A stretch of 64,000 nucleotides of DNA, taken from NCBI RefSeq assembly GCF_023055435.1, contig NW_025964001.1, positions 24,800,001 through 24,864,000 of the forward strand. The letters run 5' to 3'. The position numbers and the translations under genes are program-made. Under the pieces are notes generated by a model. It had not been told where the DNA came from and searched no databases. It saw nothing but the letters and a program-made list of their open reading frames with translations. Every line of letters starts with the position of its first letter. Positions within the stretch are counted from its first letter, which is position 1. Below, in pieces: positions 52,451 to 63,856 of this stretch. Source of the DNA: Haliotis rufescens. Its lineage: Eukaryota.

Positions 52451-55400
52451 GTAAGCGTAGCAACATTTTGAAGGTAATGATCCTGATTATTAAGAGACAA
52501 TATTTGTTTCATACAGTCTACTAACTACAGTGTCTTTACTTTATAGAATCGAGTGATTTAGTGTTACTGTAAAACCCCGTTAATCCGGACGATTGTTTGG
52601 CTCTAAAGTCGTCCAGATGAACACGTGACCTCATGAATCGGGGTTATGGAGTAATGTCACCAGTTAGGGTTCCAGTATTAATCAAGGCAGAGTTTCTGAA
52701 TAAGTGGGGTCCTGACTAACTAGGTTTCACTTAATACAACTATACTCACCTAAGTAATATCGGAGGTTATAGTTAATGTAAAATTAATATCCAAGCTTCC
52801 TCTAAGTAAAATGTGTAGTGACGTGATTACAGAAGTGTCAGTTGATATCATGATAATCAAATGGAACTTTAAGAAATAAATACATTATTATAAAAACGAT
52901 GATATCTTAATGGATTATCACAATAACCTGTTTGGGTAATAAGCAAATTAATGATAATCCCCTTAACGATTTCAGGAGCGCTGATGACATCCATGTTGTT
53001 CGGACCTTCTGTTGCCCTCGTGGTTGGAAGTGCCCTGGCCAAGATTCCAGTTGATCTTCAAGGTATTTACCAACGTCATCTAGATAAATATATGCATCAT
53101 TGTCGAAATTTATACACAAACAAACATCACATGAAATCATGTTTATTAACATCGGAATAAAAAAAAAGTGAGTTGCTCTGTCCTAAAAATTATATAACTA
53201 CTTTATATGCCAAATTCGCTTCCGGTTCCGCATACTCGGAAATATTTTCCATTGTACGTTTAAAGGTTTCATATTGTACGCTTGTGAATTTAAATTGGAG
53301 TGGTTGGAAAATCGAAATCGAAAATAAGGTTTTAAAATGTATCGAAAACAAGAACTTCGTTTTCTGTCCTTTTTCTGTTCTTTTTCAGTACTACCTATAT
53401 TTCTCAGACCAATGAAGATCCGGGTTTGAATAGGTCTTCAGCAACCCATGCTTGCCGTAAAAGGTGACTATGCTTGTCGCAAGAGGCAACTAACGGGATC
53501 GGTTGGTCAGGCTCGCTGACTTGGTTGATGCATGTCATCGTATCCCAATTGCGTAGATCGATGCTCATTATGTCTATCACTGGATTGTCTGGTCCAGCCT
53601 CGATTATTTATAGACCGCCGTCATATAGCTGGAATATTGCTGAGTGTGGCGTTAAACAACAAACAAACAAACCTATATTTCTCATTACAGACACATACCT
53701 GACGCCAAGTGACCCTCGCTGGATTGGTGCGTGGTGGCTGGGCTTCATTATCTTCGGGGGAATGGGCCTGCTTGTGTCTATTCCTGTTTTCTTTTTCCCA
53801 CGGAGAATTGCAGGGGCCCCTAAATACGAGATTCCAGATACGGAAACAGCTCTTGGAAAGATCAAAGGTATATTTAGAAAAGGGATTAGGCTCAACAAAT
53901 TGGCAATCACAGCAAAGTTAATTCAAGTCCCGCAAACACCATTTTGTTAGCCTGCTACCCCACAATGCATAATGTATATCAATCTATCAGGTAATAGCCC
54001 TAATTACACAGAGACAGTGCTCAGTTTCAAACGGTGTACTAACTACTATGTCTAGACTGAAAATAGAATAATTAATCGGTAATTTCGTTGTGAGATGTCT
54101 TTCTGTAAAGGATAATATTTTCCTTCCCTTTTTCGTAATTCACGTTTAGTAGTGTTCTGTATTGATACTGACAACAAGGGACTATCTCCTAGCTATGACA
54201 TAAAAGCGTTTCACTTTGGGTGATGTTAGTGAGAGTCGTTTACGCCACTTTTACCCATATTGCGATTATATCACGGCATATCAGCTTGGTATGGAGGGAA
54301 AGCCAGAAGTGATGCAGGTGGTGGGGACCCGTTCCACAAAGCGTTGGTAGATCCACGACTGTCGTAAGTCTGTTAAAGTATGGGACGATCACCATTGCAC
54401 TACGATCGCTTTGTGAAACGGGGCCCTAGCCTGAGGGTGGTCAGACTCGCTGACTTGCTTGATGCATGTCATCGTATCCCAATTGCGTAGATCGATGCTT
54501 ATGATGTCAATCACTGTATTGTCTGGTTCAGATTTGATTATTTACAGACCGCCGTCATAGAGCTGGAATATTGCTGAGTGCGGCGTTAAACAACAAACAA
54601 ACACATATTTCTTAGCGTATGTTTCCGTGTTCTAGATATGCCTCTGTCTGTGCTGCGGGCTCTTTCCAGGCCAGTGTACACAATCTCCATCATCAACAGC
54701 TGTCTGTACGGCTTCGCCATCAGCGGCCTCATCTCGTTTGGACCGAAGTACATAGAGTACCAGTTCAATATACCGGCATGGAAGACCAGTCTTATTCTAG
54801 GTTGGTATTTAGGTTGGGCCGAAGTACATAGAGTACCAGTTCAACATACCGGCATGGAAGACCAGTCTTATTCTAGGTTGGTATTTAGGTTGGACCGAAG
54901 TACATAGAGTACCAGTTCAATATACCGGCATGGAAGACCAGTCTTATTCTAGGTTGGTATTTAAGTAAAGGTGCTTAATATGAAGTTCAATAGAAATAAA
55001 ATTATTCTGAAATTATGCATCTTTCAAAACATATTCATGAAACATCTCCTCGACTTTAAGGCCGTGATTCACAGTAAATGTGATTTACATTGTAATGCAC
55101 GGCACACAATTTGAATGTTTGTGTGTTTGTTGGGAGCATGATACTCTAAGACGTGGTTTTATAATGTGAACATCAAACAATGATTGTTTAGTTATTAGGT
55201 ACTCATAAAAACACTTTGTTTACATAACTTGTTAGTCCTGCACCATGACTGGAATTTATATTTTTTAGGTACTTTTTTTCACTAAAAGCCTAGGCAACTC
55301 TGATTAAACTAACCAAGTCTAGTTTGCTTGATTGAAAACGGGGCGGTCGGGTAGCCTAGTGGTTAAAGCGTTCGCTCGTCACGCTGAAGACCCGGGTTCG

Positions 55401-58400
55401 ATTCCCGACATGGGTACAATGTGTGAAGCCTATTTCTGGTGTCCCCCGCCGTGATATTGCTGGAATATTGCTAAAAGCGGCGTAAAACCATACTCACTCA
55501 CTCACTCACTCACTCATTGATTGAAAACAGAAGAAGAGGAAAGGTTCTTTCGAAGAAAAAAATATTTTAAAGTCATGTTTTCATTTTCTTAGTGTTCGTC
55601 TCTGTGTGTGTATGCACTGTGTGTGTATGCACTGTGTGTATACGTTCAAGAATATGTAAATCGTCGCTTATATCAAGAAGGGAATTATGATTGCAGGTAT
55701 ATCTAACCTGGTAACGTCAGCGGCGGGGACGTTCATGGGCGGTGTCCTCACCGGCAGACTCAACCTCTCTCGGCAGGGATGTCTAAAACTGATGATGGTG
55801 GTGCATGCAGTATCGTTTGGCCTCAACTGTTGTGGCTTCATACTTGGCTGTGACAATACGCCCATAGAAGGAGTCGACTTCTTGTGAGTTTAATATCCAC
55901 TGAAAAAAATGTTATTACAAAAAGAGAATCGAAACCCAGTCACGTGTCATTTCACTTTGCACAAGTTTTAGTGGTGTGCTGGATTCCTCTAACCGTGAGT
56001 TCGAATCCCAGATTGGCCTGATTTTTTTTTTAGAAATATTATTTTTATATCATAACTCTGCAAGTGGATTCCATCAAAGTGGTAGGAATCTGAGACATTC
56101 CTCACTTTCCCCCAACGTCAAGCTGACACGCAGTGATGTAACAGAAACAGTGTTCAAACGGCGTTAAAAAGCATGGGCTCAGTTGGGTTTTACGACATTT
56201 TGACACTTTCATGTAAATTATAGACGAGTGACAAAGTTACTTTCTCACAACAGCCGCAATGACAACGAAACTGGCCGGGCATGCTTCTGTAGCGAGACGC
56301 CATTTCTGCCCGTATGTGGAGCTGATCACGTGACCTACTCCAACCCCTGCCAAGCAGGATGCTGGAACCATACGGGAGACGTAGGTCAATGACTTCATCT
56401 TGTTCTCATTTTGTCTCTCTATATATAACAGGTTAATATTCATTTCCGTACTTTTTGTAACGACTTTTATCGATATATTTATTTCAAATTTCGTACCCGA
56501 TTTTAAGCAAAATATTATTTTCAAAACTGCGACTGGAAATCGGGTCGAAATAACTGCTCATATATCATAACTGCTCAATAGTGGCCTACACATGTGAACT
56601 TGGTGGCGATACGCATGTTAGTTGGGTGGCAATAAACATGAACCTTTGGTGCAATACACTTTGTAGGTCAAATCACGTAGGTTGTCCTCATCAGTTTCCC
56701 AGCATCCCAGGCATGTCACGATAGACGAGTGAATGGGAATTTGGTGACACTACTGTGACCGACGACGTGGATACTTTCTCATGTTTTCGACATCTCCATA
56801 TGATAAAACTGGAATATTACTGACTGCGGCATAAACATCATTCAGGCATTCACTGGAAAGACAAAATCATTCCCCAGTTTCTAAACTGTCACGACAGTGA
56901 AAGCATGTTTGCTTGTGTCAACGCTACCGTGAATAGCTGAATAACGTACATGATGCGACCTTATAAGATGTAAATACTCAAACATTCGGGCACGCCGCAA
57001 TTTGCAATACAGAGTTGCGTCCCTTAGACGTGTAAAACGTCTGACCTGCTGATCGCGTACCTTCCTCATTGTGCCATAACTGAAATAATATTCAAAGCGG
57101 CGTTAAACCCATCTCACTCACACATTGCCCCTGCCCCGGGGACGATCCGGGTTTGAATTGGTTTTCAGCAACCTATGTTTGTCGTAAGAGGCGACAAACG
57201 GGATTCGTTGAGAAGGCACACTGACTTGGTTGATGCAAGTCACCGTATCTCAGCTCCGTAGATCGATGCTGATGATGTCAATCCCTGTATTGTCTGGTCC
57301 AGATCGATTATTAACCTATAGCTGAGTTTGCCATTAAACAACAAACAAACAAAACATGTCCTTGCAACGTTGTGTTTGATAGATTGCTTACTCACCGCAG
57401 ACCATAGGTGAGAGCCGCCAGGTTGCCGGTCAAGACGCAAAACTGTCCCACTCATTCACTTACAACATTGGCAGGTATACGGTAGCTGCAGTCGTGTCGA
57501 AGGGATGACTGCGACACCAGGTATTTGCGACAACGGCTGTAACAACCTCATCCCCTACATTGTGACGTCGGTGTTGATGACCATGGTCGCGACAGTGGCA
57601 ATAATGCCACACTACATGGTGTACTTGAGGTAACCCGTTTAAAAGTTTCGAAATAAAACTATTTAAGTTTAAGAGAGTTTAAATCTGCACTAAACACTGG
57701 ACAGAACCTATTTTTGAATTCATTCTAAGAATAAGAATCTCTTAAAACTTAAATTAAAAATATTAGATTATTGTCTAAGGATTCTTCAATTTTCTTCGTT
57801 TTCGTAACATAATAACGCCACTTACAGTGATTTACTATGACTTCGACTTCTTTCCTGTCGATTGTGATGAAGATGGAATATTGTTGCCTTCAGCGTTAAG
57901 CATCATTTACTATATCATATATTCAAGTTCTTTCAAAACTACTCACAAGCGGTCCAGAATTATAAAATAGGCATCCCCAGCGAGGTTACCTAGCTTTGGT
58001 TACGGGTGGCCTATAGCCCGTTTTTTAAAACTGTATACATGATAGTGTTATGCTGAATAGTATGCTGACATATGTTTCATAAATTGTTTTTAAATATAAC
58101 TCTGTATAAATAAACAAACTGGGTACGTATCAATTTGGTCTCGTCGTTATATGGCTGAAATAATGCCGGTACGACGTTAACTTTTAACTCACCAAGGCGT
58201 GGATCGATGCTCATGATATTAATCACTGGATTGTCTGGTCCAGACTCGATTATTTACAGACCGCCGTCATATACCTGGAATATTGCTGAGTGCGGCGTTA
58301 AACAACATAAAAACCGATAGTTTTGTTCACAAGAATGGCTCGAGCGAATATATTAGATCACGGACATGCATTCCAAAAGCAGTGTAATGCTTAAGATTAA

Positions 58401-59395
58401 TATAGTCTTCGTGATTAGTTATTTTGTATATATTCAGCAAAGGAATCTCCATTGTTTTCCAAGAAATGTGAAGGCAGTTTGTCAGTGTGAACGACATGAA
58501 CAAGCTTTTGTAGTCATGTGATCGTCCTCTCGTCCAATAGTAAAACCGCAAATAGTGTGAAACTCACATTAAACTTTTATGTACTCTGCTTTCTTTCTTC
58601 CAGGAGCGTTGAAGAACGAGACAAGGCTATGGCGATGGGTATTACCAACTTTCTCGCAACATTACTTGGTATGTGTAATAAATACTTATCTGAAAATATA
58701 TTGTATTTATTAGAAAATGTAAAAGTGCTAAAATTATTTTTGTCTTCAATAAAAAAAAATTAAATTCTTGAAGATTCGCCCTGATTGATTCATTTTTAGC
58801 AGCATAAACATCAAAGAAAGAAACTTGATTCTTGGATTGTCAGCACCATACCCTAGCTTGTGGGTAGTCAGTCATAAACGTATAACACGCCATGACTTAA
58901 CTGAAATACTATTAACAGCGGCGTTAAATCCAACTCGCCCACTAAGAAGAATATACAAAAAATAAATTCTTTAATCTTATCAGAAACAAAAGCAACTTAA
59001 TCATTTGAACCTGCATTTCTGGTGAATTTAGAAAAATGAAAAAATAATCTTATCTTCAAGGTTGGTTACCAGCTCCCATTGTGTACGGCAAGGTCATTGA
59101 CAGCGCCTGTAAAATCCTGCGTGGCGGTTCATCTCATGGCAACGGCGCCTGCTCGCTGTATGACATTGTCGATCTCAGGTACAAGGTGTTTGGTCTAGAA
59201 GTGTCAATCAAAGTCGTAGCCTTCATTCTGCTGGTCATATCCTTCATTGTGTGTCGCTGGGAGGACAGGAAGAACGAGAGCAAGGGTCAAGCACACAATA
59301 ATGTCGTCCTCACAAAAAAGATATCTCAACATGACGGAGAAAAGTCCAGTGGAAACAGCACCAGTGGAACATCAGGAAAATATGACACACATTAG
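51724..59395 (+). CDS. SLCO: Solute carrier organic anion transporter (OATP/SLCO family), 9 coding exons, 674 aa: join(51724..52450,52976..53062,53691..53867,54636..54800,55697..55883,56254..56380,57475..57629,58604..58668,59061..59395)
   Basis: OATP signature DPRWIGAWWLGF; N-terminal SSQITTLEKQFNFSS..SG.LLSSNDIG; PKYIEYQF; Kazal-like PVCGADHVTYSNPCQAGC; C-terminal GWLPAPIVYGKVIDSAC..GACSLYD. Exon lengths sum to 2025 nt with consistent phases (1,1,1,1,2,0,2,1) and GT-AG introns. Subfamily cannot be assigned by eye. Confidence 0.93.
52566..52733. mobile_element. Degenerate MITE (related pieces near 50710-50877, 3965-4047, 8585-8729)
   Basis: ta|ctgtaaaaccccgttaatccggac ... gtcctgactaactaggtttcact|ta imperfect TIRs. 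Confidence 0.5.
52976..53062 (+). CDS. SLCO: SLCO coding exon 2
   Basis: ttcag|GA ... ALMTSMLFGPSVALVVGSALAKIPVDLQ ... G|gtattt. Confidence 0.88.
53407..53670 (+). mobile_element. SINE-like family C, full length, inserted in the exon-3 acceptor
   Basis: 14-bp TSD acctatatttctca (53393-53406 and 53671-53684). Confidence 0.93.
53691..53867 (+). CDS. SLCO: SLCO coding exon 3 (OATP signature)
   Basis: attacag|AC; DTYLTPSDPRWIGAWWLGF...GKIK; G|gtatat. Confidence 0.92.
54324..54426. mobile_element. Short (about 105 bp) MITE; relatives at 61336-61444, 46665-46745 and 48180-48262
   Basis: TIR gggacccgttccacaaagcg / cgctttgtgaaacggggccc; shared core acgactgtcgtaagtctg. Confidence 0.75.
54436..54602 (+). 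mobile_element. SINE-like family C, 5'-truncated
   Basis: gggtggtcagactcgctgac...gcggcgttaaacaacaaac. Confidence 0.9.
54636..54800 (+). CDS. SLCO: SLCO coding exon 4
   Basis: ttctag|AT; MPLSVLRALSRPVY...FGPKYIEYQFNIPAWKTSLIL; G|gttggt (first of three identical donors). Confidence 0.88.
54738..54963 (+). repeat. 76-bp tandem triplication spanning the exon 4 / intron 4 boundary
   Basis: ttgg(a/g)ccgaagtacatagagtaccagttcaa.ataccggcatggaagaccagtcttattctag|gttggtattta three times. Confidence 0.96.
55340..55516 (+). mobile_element. SINE family A (intronic)
   Basis: 12-bp TSD ttgattgaaaac. Confidence 0.94.
55697..55883 (+). CDS. SLCO: SLCO coding exon 5
   Basis: ttgcag|GT; ISNLVTSAAGTFMGGVL...ILGCDNTPIEGVDF; TT|gtgagt. 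Confidence 0.9.
56254..56380 (+). CDS. SLCO: SLCO coding exon 6 (Kazal-like extracellular loop; not in ORF track)
   Basis: tttctcacaacag|C; RNDNETGRACFCSETPFLPVCGADHVTYSNPCQAGCWNHTGD; |gtaggt. Confidence 0.9.
57140..57352 (+). mobile_element. SINE-like family C (intronic, diverged)
   Basis: gatccgggtttgaattgg...gtcgtaagaggcgac...(aaac)n. Confidence 0.8.
57475..57629 (+). CDS. SLCO: SLCO coding exon 7 (not in ORF track)
   Basis: ggcag|GTA; VYGSCSRVEGMTATPGICDNGCNNLIPYIVTSVLMTMVATVAIMPHYMVYLR; AG|gtaacc. Confidence 0.88.
58197..58308 (+). mobile_element. Family C 3' half (intronic)
   Basis: gcgtggatcgatgctcatg...gcggcgttaaacaac. Confidence 0.85.
58604..58668 (+). CDS. SLCO: SLCO coding exon 8
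   Basis: ttctttcttccag|G; RSVEERDKAMAMGITNFLATLL; G|gtatgt. Confidence 0.9.
59061..59395 (+). CDS. SLCO: SLCO coding exon 9 (terminal)
   Basis: cttcaag|GT; WLPAPIVYGKVIDSAC...GACSLYDIVDLRY...KYDTH, stop TAG 59393-59395. Confidence 0.92.
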
Positions 59396-59487
59396 AAATA
59401 CCTTTGTTGCCAATGTTGTTAAGCAATGTGGTGGGCACTTACTATGAACATGGGGACATGTGTAATGCCTCAGTCGAATCTGGTACT

Positions 59488-59493
59488 AATAAA
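59488..59493 (+). terminator. Candidate polyadenylation signal AATAAA of SLCO
   Basis: First AATAAA after the stop codon, about 93 nt downstream. Confidence 0.45.
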
Positions 59494-59679
59494 TTGAAAA
59501 ATTAAAAAAAAGAAAAATTAATATTACGATATTGAACTCATTGTTTCCTGGTGGGGTAGCCAATAGTGATTAATGCGTTATCTCGTCACGCCAAGGCCCG
59601 TGCTCGATCCATACACTCTTACGGGTTATTTTTATGGTAATGTAAAAACTACGTTTTCATTCAACATTGTCATCTCACT

Positions 59680-60019
59680 ACGCCTCCATGGTCTAATGGT
59701 AGAGCGTCCGCCCGGAGAGCGGAAGGTCCGGGGTTCGATCCCCAGCCGCGTCACCAAAAGACGTTAAAAGATGGTACTTGTTGTTACCCTGTCTGGCGCT
59801 CGGAATTAAGGGGCTAAAACAAGGACTGGTCGGCTCGGAGTCAGTATACTGTATCTGAGTAACTGTGGCATGGTATATCAGTGTGCTAGCACTATAAATC
59901 GGCATCAGCCCGGACTAGTACAAGCAGTCACACACACACACACACATACACATGCATGCACGTCGCTATATAAGTGCAATAATCTTGGACGCGACGTTAA
60001 ACCCCATTTCACCTCACCT
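59680..60019 (+). mobile_element. SINE family D
   Basis: cgcctccatggtctaatggtagagcgtccgcccggagagcggaaggtccggggttcgatccc...gcgacgttaaaccccatttcacctcacct. Confidence 0.92.
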
Positions 60020-60675
60020 ATTGTTTACATGTGAGGATAGACACGTGGTCATCCCTGGCCCTCACAATCTGCACGTCATGACTTCGTGTTTCATGTTGCT
60101 TCAGACGCTCGATGAACAAATGTTTATCTATTGGTTATACTTGAATTATATTTCACCATGTATGTCGACAGAATAACCTCGTTATTTCATCTACGTACAC
60201 CAGAAGTACGTTTGCTCCTTCGAAAGGTAATGTGTAAAAGCTTTATTCACTGTTATCACTGCCCATTATAGGTTCGTATATTATATCATCAGTGCTGTTG
60301 TTTACTGAAATACAGCCCACAACTAAACTCACTCACTCACTCTCATCGCGAAGGTATATATTTCAGAGCTTGTCAGGGGAGATAATCAGATTGTACTGTT
60401 ACCCTCAGTTTGAACGGCACATTCGTCGTAGCTATAGGCAACACGAGTTGAAACACAAGCAAGATCGGGTCAGTACATTAGAACCTTCCTAGGTGTGTTG
60501 ATGTTGGAACACAAATTGACATGTTATACGCTCAATAAATTAATGATAGTCGTTTTTTTATATTTTAAGGGTCGGTGTATGCTTCAAAATTTAAGGAATC
60601 AATTTTTTTTAAAACAATTGAGATCATGTTAAAATAGGTTTGAAAAGGCGGGTAAAGTTAGTCATAGTTATGTAT

Positions 60676-60790
60676 AGGATAAAACACGTCCGAGGGTTGT
60701 TATGATATTTAAAACCCGCATCCCGAGGGATTTTCCGAGGGAAAGGGTTTTAAATATCACTAACAACCCGAGGGGAAGTGTTTTATCTAA
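60676..60790. repeat. Long imperfect palindrome (about 115 bp)
   Basis: gataaaacac..gggttgtta.tgatatttaaaaccc / gggttttaaatatca.taacaaccc..gtgttttatc. Confidence 0.85.
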
Positions 60791-61679
60791 TTTATGAACT
60801 GAAAAAAGGTACTTAAAACAACATTTATCAACATTTTTATGTTTCGAACATACTTTCAATGAACATTAGGAAACGGGCGTAAAATATCTGTTGCTGGCAT
60901 ACGGATCTTGAAAAGGACATCCTAAGAACACTGTTTTTATCAGCGCCTCTGTAGCCTTGTGGTACACTCCCTGGGCTACAGATACGAAGTTTGCGTGTTC
61001 TATCCTCGGGAATATAAAAAAAACTTCAGTCATTTCATTTTACATTTTATTACATGTTACAATCTAAATAAAATACCCAGGACATTATATAAATTCCATC
61101 GGATATTATAACACATTATATAGCAAATATGACTTTACAGAGGATATTTGACATTAAATGTTCATTTACGTGTACCACCATATGATTATGGAAAGGTGTT
61201 TCATTTCGATTTCTTTCCATTTTATTTGGGATTTGTCACAGTGAAGATACACACAACGTGTTTTCTGTCTGATCCATTAATATACAAATACACCCCGAAC
61301 TCTCAGGACACATGTATGCATGGAATAAGCCTCCAGGATGCCGTTGTATAAAGCGTTCTTAGCGCTTAGGTGATCGTAACTCCCATACCTTAGCACAGAC
61401 TTACGACAGTCGTAGCGCTAAGGTTGTTTTGTACAACGTCACCCAGCGCCCCATGTCTGTCGTGCAAGCTGAGGACGAGGATCGGATGGATCGATCTGTG
61501 ACGTGGTCGATAGTGTTTCTTAGTACACAATTTTCGTGGTCGTGGATCGCAGCTCTTGCACTGGTTTCAAAAACTTATATAAAATTTATTCACAAATCGC
61601 CGTGATTTATTATGCTACAAACAAAATAAAACATTCAATTATTTTTTCACAAAATAGTTGCGATACATGTAATACTGTA

Positions 61680-61850
61680 GGGGGCGGTCGGGTAGCCTAG
61701 TGGATAAAGCGTTCGCTCATCACGCCTCAGAACCGGGTTCGATTCCCGACACGAGTACAATGTGTGAAGCACATTTCTGGTGTCCCCCCGCCGTGATATT
61801 GCTGGAATATTGCTAAATTCGGCGTAAAATCAAACTCACTCACTCACTCA
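61680..61850 (+). mobile_element. SINE family A
   Basis: 13-bp TSD atgtaatactgta. Confidence 0.93.
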
Positions 61851-61865
61851 ATGTAATACTGTATT

Positions 61866-62045
61866 GAGTGAGTGAGAAGGTTTGGTTTTAACGCCGTTTT
61901 GAACGGTGTTCCAGTCATATCACGACGTGTCAGCCAAATGAGGGAGGAAAGCCCGAAATGGTTTAGGTCTCAGACGTTTATCACTCCGGCGAAAGCCACG
62001 AGCACAGGTATGGTGCTGACAAACCCTAGAAACATAATCAGGGGG
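61866..62045 (-). mobile_element. SINE family B-related 3' half (diverged)
   Basis: Reverse of atgtttctagg.tttgtcagcaccatacc.gtgctcgtgg...ctttcctccc...gctgacacg. Confidence 0.82.
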
Positions 62046-62214
62046 AACAGCGTGGCCCCAGGTATTACTGTAGGTCATGAGAGCACACATGTATGTATAG
62101 TGTAGAAAACATGTACACAACTGCAGAGGTGGTGTGCATAAGACACGCAAGCTACAGTGCGGTAGGTCGGGTCTTACACACCACGTCAATGCTATAGTCA
62201 TTCAAATTCTTATC

Positions 62215-62498
62215 GGGGGCACGGGTGGCCCAGTCGTCTAAGGCGCCGCGATTCGCTGTGCAGAGTTGCGTCCCTTGGGCTCGCCAGAAACCTATGATTG
62301 TTAGTTCGAATCCCGGTTCGCCCCGATCATGTTTCTAGGTTTGTCAGCACCATACCCGTGCTCGTGGGTTTCACCGAAGTGGTAAACGTCCAAGACCTGC
62401 ATCACTTCGGGCTTTCCTCCCACATAAAGCTGACACCCAGTGATATAACTTGAATACTGTTAAAAGCAGCGTTAAACCCAACTCACTCACTCACTCAC
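62215..62498 (+). mobile_element. SINE family B
   Basis: 13-bp TSD tcaaattcttatc. Confidence 0.94.
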
Positions 62499-63029
62499 TC
62501 AAATTCTTATCAAGGCCGCATGAAATATGCAAATTCTCATTTGGGTACTAACATGTATTGGGAAATATACGTTTAATACCTCTATACCTCTCATGCAGTA
62601 AGTGTTTATCTGCTACAGTAGCTGTTTGTTTAATTGAACGCCGCACTTGGCAATAGTCCTGCTCTGTGACTGCTGTCTGTAAAAATCGATTCTGAGACAG
62701 AAATAACAGTGACTGATATAATGAGCATCGCGAGAACACAGGTCCCAAACAGTGTTCTGTTATTAACCACTTTCCATCATGTTAGACTCCATTGATTCAG
62801 CAACTGTCGCCACATTAGGTCACACATCAGGAGTTTAGTATCAATGGCGGCGGATAGTACATGGATGGATGACCGTTGTGATTTGAATTCATACTGATCG
62901 ACACTGCTCATACGCTTTCATCGTGTCCCTCTGTGGACTGAACCCTTCATGTATTGCCTTGTGTTGAAAGTAGTAGTAGGAGTAGGAGGAGTAGTACCAG
63001 TAGTCCCCGAAGGGAGACCGGGTTAGATC

Positions 63030-63150
63030 GAGTGAGTATGATTTTACGTCGCTTTTAGCAGTATTCCAGCGGAACACCGGAAAATGGGCTTCACACATCG
63101 TACCCATGTGGGGAATCGAACCCGGGTCTTAGGCTGCCCCATCGTCCTCG
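63030..63150 (-). mobile_element. SINE family A, deleted copy, inserted into a family C 5' fragment
   Basis: gggcttcacacatcgtacccatgtggggaatcgaacccggg; flanked by gggttaga repeats and followed by taggtccccagtaacc.ttgcttgccgtaagaggcg. Confidence 0.7.
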
Positions 63151-63281
63151 GGGTTAGAATAGGTCCCCAGTAACCTTTGCTTGCCGTAAGAGGCGGCTTG
63201 ATTATTTACTTTTAATATAATTGTTCATACATGTTGGTTTTACCAAAATGTTGAGCGTTTAAAAAATCCTTCACTGAGGGG

Positions 63282-63596
63282 ACCGCCTCCGTACGCGTGG
63301 TCTAGTGGAAAAGCGTCCGCCCGGAGAGCGGAAGGTCCGGGGTTCGATACCAAAGACGTTAACAGATGGCACTTGTTGTCACCCTGTCAGGCGCTCTACA
63401 TTAAACATTAAGGGACTAAAGCAAGGATTGGTCAGCTCAGTTTACTATGTCTGAATGGGGTATTCATGTTAAACTTGCTCCATGGCACTATAAATCGGCA
63501 TCAGTCCGGATTAGTACAAGCAGCCACACACTCACATACACACACACGTACATGTGCGATAAATCTTGGACGCGACGTTAAACCCAATTTCACCTT
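63282..63596 (+). mobile_element. SINE family D (diverged)
   Basis: Matches the 59680 copy with small deletions. Confidence 0.88.
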
Positions 63597-63856
63597 CCAT
63601 GAGGCCCCGTGATAACACTGAAATAAACCGAACTCTCACACGTGACATCAGTTTGCAAAAAAAAAGGGGGGGGGGGGCTGGGGCGGAATTCTTGGCGGTT
63701 TGCTTTCACAAGCTGAAGGGGCGGAAATGGGTATTCCACTGGCAACGTCACCCTCAAACAATACCATGACGTAACACCACATTTCACCAGCTGAAGTAAC
63801 GAAAATGTTTTCCATTTATATTTGTGTACTTAACAATATTCTCTTGCATTACATTC

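Noticed and set aside
55340-55412. tRNA-Asp(GTC)-like genes at SINE A heads, and similar heads in B and D
   Set aside because: Imperfect cloverleaf, always fused to a SINE body and tail, and flanked by TSDs
56237-56524. Minus-strand ORFs overlapping SLCO exons (also 52907, 53608, 55668)
   Set aside because: Antisense shadows of the real + strand exons
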